Under the pieces are notes generated by a model that made no database searches, was not told the DNA's origin, and saw only the letters and a list, made by a program, of their open reading frames with translations. The position numbers and the translations under genes were made by a program. Of a stretch of 64,000 nucleotides of DNA, positions 60,779 through 64,000 are shown in pieces. Source of the DNA: Lophium mytilinum (taxonomy: Eukaryota). Position 1 is the stretch's first letter. Each line of letters opens with the position of its first letter. The stretch lies in contig MU004187.1 in assembly GCA_010093605.1 (NCBI GenBank), forward strand, positions 1,726,882 to 1,790,881, in the 5' to 3' direction.

Positions 60779-62198
60779 ATGAGCTCACCATTTCCCACCC
60801 GCCAAATAGCAAGACTCGGAGGCCATAATGGTATTCCCTACTCAGTTAGCCATCATCCTCGCGGGAGCAATAATACATAACGAATCTCAGGCGCCGTTCA
60901 TGCCGTGACCTACAGCGCAGGCTCCAGTCAATACGTACGCACTTCCTCTTCTACCTCACTCCGTAGCAGACTTTATCTCAAATCGCGCCTTCTGAAGCTC
61001 CAGAAACCTCACTCACACAACTTCAGATTCTCACCGGCTCCACCGACCACTCAATCCGCCTCTTCAACCCCTCCAAAGCCGCTTCTCCCAGCTCTACTCT
61101 CGACCCCTCCCTACCAACCCCAGGCCTCATCCAAACCTACGACGCGCACGGCTACGAAGTCCTCGATCTCGCCGTATCCGCCGACAACGCGCGCCTGGCC
61201 AGCGTCGGCGGCGACAAGACCGTCTTCCTGTGGGACGTATCGCGGGCCGTGACTATAAAACGATGGAGCGGGCACGCGGGGAAAGTGAACGCATGCGCAT
61301 TCGGCGGGGCGGAGGGCAGCGTCGTCGTGAGCGGGAGCTATGACGGGACGGTGCGGCTATGGGACGCGAAAAGCCAGAGCTACAAGCCGATCATGGTGCT
61401 CAGCGAGGCGCGGGACAGCGTGAGCAGTGTGGCAGTAATGGGCGCGGAGATTGTGGCGGGGAGTGTGGATGGGAGGGTTCGGTGCTATGACATCCGGATG
61501 GGACAGGTGCTGGTTGATGTTATAGGGGGTGAGTCTTGCGATTTCCGACCCCAGCGCGCGGAGAAGGGGAGAGAAGATGGGGATAGAAGTATCAACCATT
61601 TCCACAGAAATGGAGTCAAATGGCATAGAGTTAACAACCTACAGCGCCCGTAACATCCCTCACACCAACCAAAACCACCGACTCCCTCCTCGTCAGCTCC
61701 CTAGATTCCACAATCCGCCTCATGGACAAACCAGACGGCAAGCTTCTCAAAGCCTACAAAGCGCCAGAGGTCCAACCCCCTCCACTTTCCCACCACAACA
61801 CCCTCTCTAACACCCAGCAGTACACAAACACCGACTACCGTATCCGCAGTGCCCTCGGCCTCTCCGACAGCATCATCCTCAGCGGCAGTGAATCCGGCCA
61901 CATCTTCATCTGGGACCTCCTCTCCGGCAGCGTCCTCCACAAACTCCGCCACTCCCCCGCCACTTCGAGCCCCCCAAACCCGAAAAAGGACGTCGTCAGC
62001 GCCGTCGCCTTCTGCCCGACGCGCAAAGAATGGGCCAGCGCAGGCGGAGATGGTAAGCCCTTCCATGAATCCCCCCTCAGGTAGCCCCGGTTACCATCGG
62101 GCCCGCCGCTCACTATTTTCCCTTATCTCCAAAGTCTATTTGTGCTGACGCGTGATGTGCGCGCAGGGAACGTGATTGTTTGGGGCATGCCGGCGTAA
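60779..62198 (+). CDS. WD40 repeat protein WDR83/MORG1-like, multi-exon
   Basis: LTGSTDHSIRLFNP, HGYEVLDL, SVGGDK..FLWDV, GH.GKVN, SGSYDGTVRLWD and GSVDGRVRCYDIRMG. Confidence 0.85.
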
Positions 62199-63454
62199 AC
62201 TGAATTCACAATATTGGGCTGGGCTCGGACGGACAGCGCATTTATGAGATTGCCGCCGTTAGCTCCCCTAGGGACTGACGTCATTGTCATGTGGTTTTTG
62301 GAAATAAAAATCTATAGAATAGTCATAGGACACACACCTAAACATCTTTAATATCCTTTCGGCAAATTCGCGTGGGGCTTTCGCATTATGCTTTAGTGGG
62401 ATTGGCGCTAATGGGCCACGGCGCGCAGGCTGAGTGGACTTATTTGGCACCCGCCCTAAAAACAGTTGCAAGGTTTCAGGCTCAGGCTTTATTGATAGCT
62501 TAAAAGATAGTTCAAAAGAAGCTGATTTTTAAAGGATGTGAGTCAAGGTAGTGACGTAGATTGGTATTCCTAGATATCGTACAGACCTCTCAAATACCCG
62601 AGCCAAGTAAATGCATCAAGATTTTTCAACTTTTGGATGCTCCCGATCCCAATGCTTGCCCGTGGGGTGCCGCGCCCCGTTGATGCCCATTTCGTTTCTC
62701 GTGACGGCGTGGCATCGTTCATGTGATGTGACTAGACAAGACGACTAAGAGATGAGAGACAGGTATGAAACAGACTGTTTTCCAGCGTCCGAAACAGAGA
62801 TACGCGCGCGAGGCGAAATTTGGGAGAGACAGTGATGAAAAGATGAGCACATGAGGAGAAGTGGAAATAAGAGATACGGTGGCTCGAAAGGGAAAAGACA
62901 GCATCAACAATACGCCGATGCATGCGAGAAAAGTGACAAGTCGCGGAAGGAAAAGCAGGCGTGATAGGCTAGAAATAAATCGGATCGCAAGGCACGAGGA
63001 AACGCCACTAACGACGCCGCATGCAATAACGGTGACCCGACCGGTGAGGAAACCTTGCTGGTGTAGAAAAGACACCGCTCGACTTGGATGTGCGATGAAC
63101 CAAAACCGGCAAAGCGTGGCTGCGACTCCAGCCTGATATCGAGATGGTGACTTTTGCCGGCTGACGCGCCTCCCACGCCGACTATGAGATTCTCGAGCAA
63201 TCCAGAATCTGACATCCCCCACCACCCGAGGTGAAAACAAGGTCAGCCTCGTCGAGAGTAGGTTGCCTGTTGCCTGCTTACGTACGAGAGCTAGCCCCCC
63301 CTGGTCTGGCGTTTCTGATCGGTGAGGTTGTGGTTGTACGCGACCGCTTTCGACCCTCACCTGACCGCAGCTTCATGCGGCTACCCTTCACTGTGCGGTC
63401 ACCCACGGTTCCCATCATTGATCAGATCGCCAGACTCGTCGCTTAGCCCTAAAG

Positions 63455-64000
63455 TTAATCGGGCACAACGCCGTTCTCTGCGCCCCGCAGTGCGGCTAGC
63501 GCTCGATGCAGCTCGTCTTCGCCGACCATGACAGTTCCTGCGCGTGCGGTGCTGAGGTAGCTCATTTCGACAGAGTTCTCGAGAGCACCCTGGGCGGTGC
63601 CGCCGACCAGGCGCCCTGCCACGCCGCACACGATGCCAGTGCTTTCGAGAGGAAGCTCGCGCAGGTCCAGCGTGATCGGGATAAGGAAGTCGTCTTTAGA
63701 GCCTAGTAGGACGTCTTGCGCAAAGTTCGGGAGGAGCGTATGATCGAGGAGCAGGGATGCAGGTTCCGTGTCCGTGAGTGTGAGTGACAAGAATCTCGGG
63801 CACGGGGGTGTGATGAGGCATTTTACGAGGCCTAGGTGCAGCGCGTCGTCAGCTGCGCTGGTGGTCGAGCTTCGGTTGCCGTTGGAGCTGCCCGTTCGTG
63901 ATGGGTCTTTGCGACCGGCGCATTGGATCAGTCGAAGACTTGGATTGACGGTAGGCACGATGTTTCGTCGTTTGAGAGTCGCGAATGTGCGGATTTGAAG
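63455..64000 (-). CDS. 3' part of an ACT-domain (CASTOR/ACT_7-like) protein; the gene starts beyond the window
   Basis: FLSLTLT, LIPITLDLR.LPLESTGIVCGVAGRL and MSYLSTARAGTVMV. Confidence 0.75.
   Translation of the reverse strand, partial: LQIRTFATLKRRNIVPTVNPSLRLIQCAGRKDPSRTGSSNGNRSSTTSAADDALHLGLVKCLITPPCPRFLSLTLTDTEPASLLLDHTLLPNFAQDVLLGSKDDFLIPITLDLRELPLESTGIVCGVAGRLVGGTAQGALENSVEMSYLSTARAGTVMVGEDELHRALAALRGAENGVVPD

Noticed and set aside
62719..63360. 213-aa minus-strand ORF with a hydrophobic tail
   Set aside because: It lies in the probable 3' UTR of the ACT-domain gene, has low-complexity composition and shows no recognisable family.

Overview
Eukaryotic genomic DNA from a filamentous ascomycete, shown by short GT-AG introns with CTRAY branch sites and typical fungal gene families. 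No rRNA, tRNA, CRISPR array or intact transposase was recognised. About 27 protein-coding loci were reconstructed by hand from the ORF track plus splice signals, so exon boundaries are approximate. The left part (1-28 kb) looks accessory. It holds a membrane-anchored HEXXH zincin, a decayed repeat array, a Gfo/Idh/MocA oxidoreductase, a secreted protein, an extended SDR, a bacterial-type M6 metalloprotease, an FMO, a UGT, a Cys-rich multi-TM receptor-like gene, an alpha/beta hydrolase, small orphan membrane genes and one gene with an in-frame stop. The right part (28-64 kb) is mostly conserved: Ape1/Lap4, Glc8/inhibitor-2, class II eIF4E, a Ulp2-like SUMO protease, AIG2-like, PQ-loop, HapX, Nob1, an enoyl reductase, a CAP59-family mannosyltransferase, a TauD dioxygenase, Lot5/ICln, WDR83/MORG1 and an ACT-domain protein. 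The most notable observation is an inverted ~0.8-kb duplication (6860-7684 and 42945-43659). It carries a small single-pass membrane gene whose two copies both end in DD-x-W-x-x-[VI]-L, a candidate Atg8-interacting motif, in an architecture resembling organelle-autophagy receptors. Also notable are an exact 152-bp tandem array merging into an older degenerate motif array (3.1-4.65 kb), a Cys-rich ~7TM orphan receptor candidate, and a tandem pair of cryptic small membrane genes.
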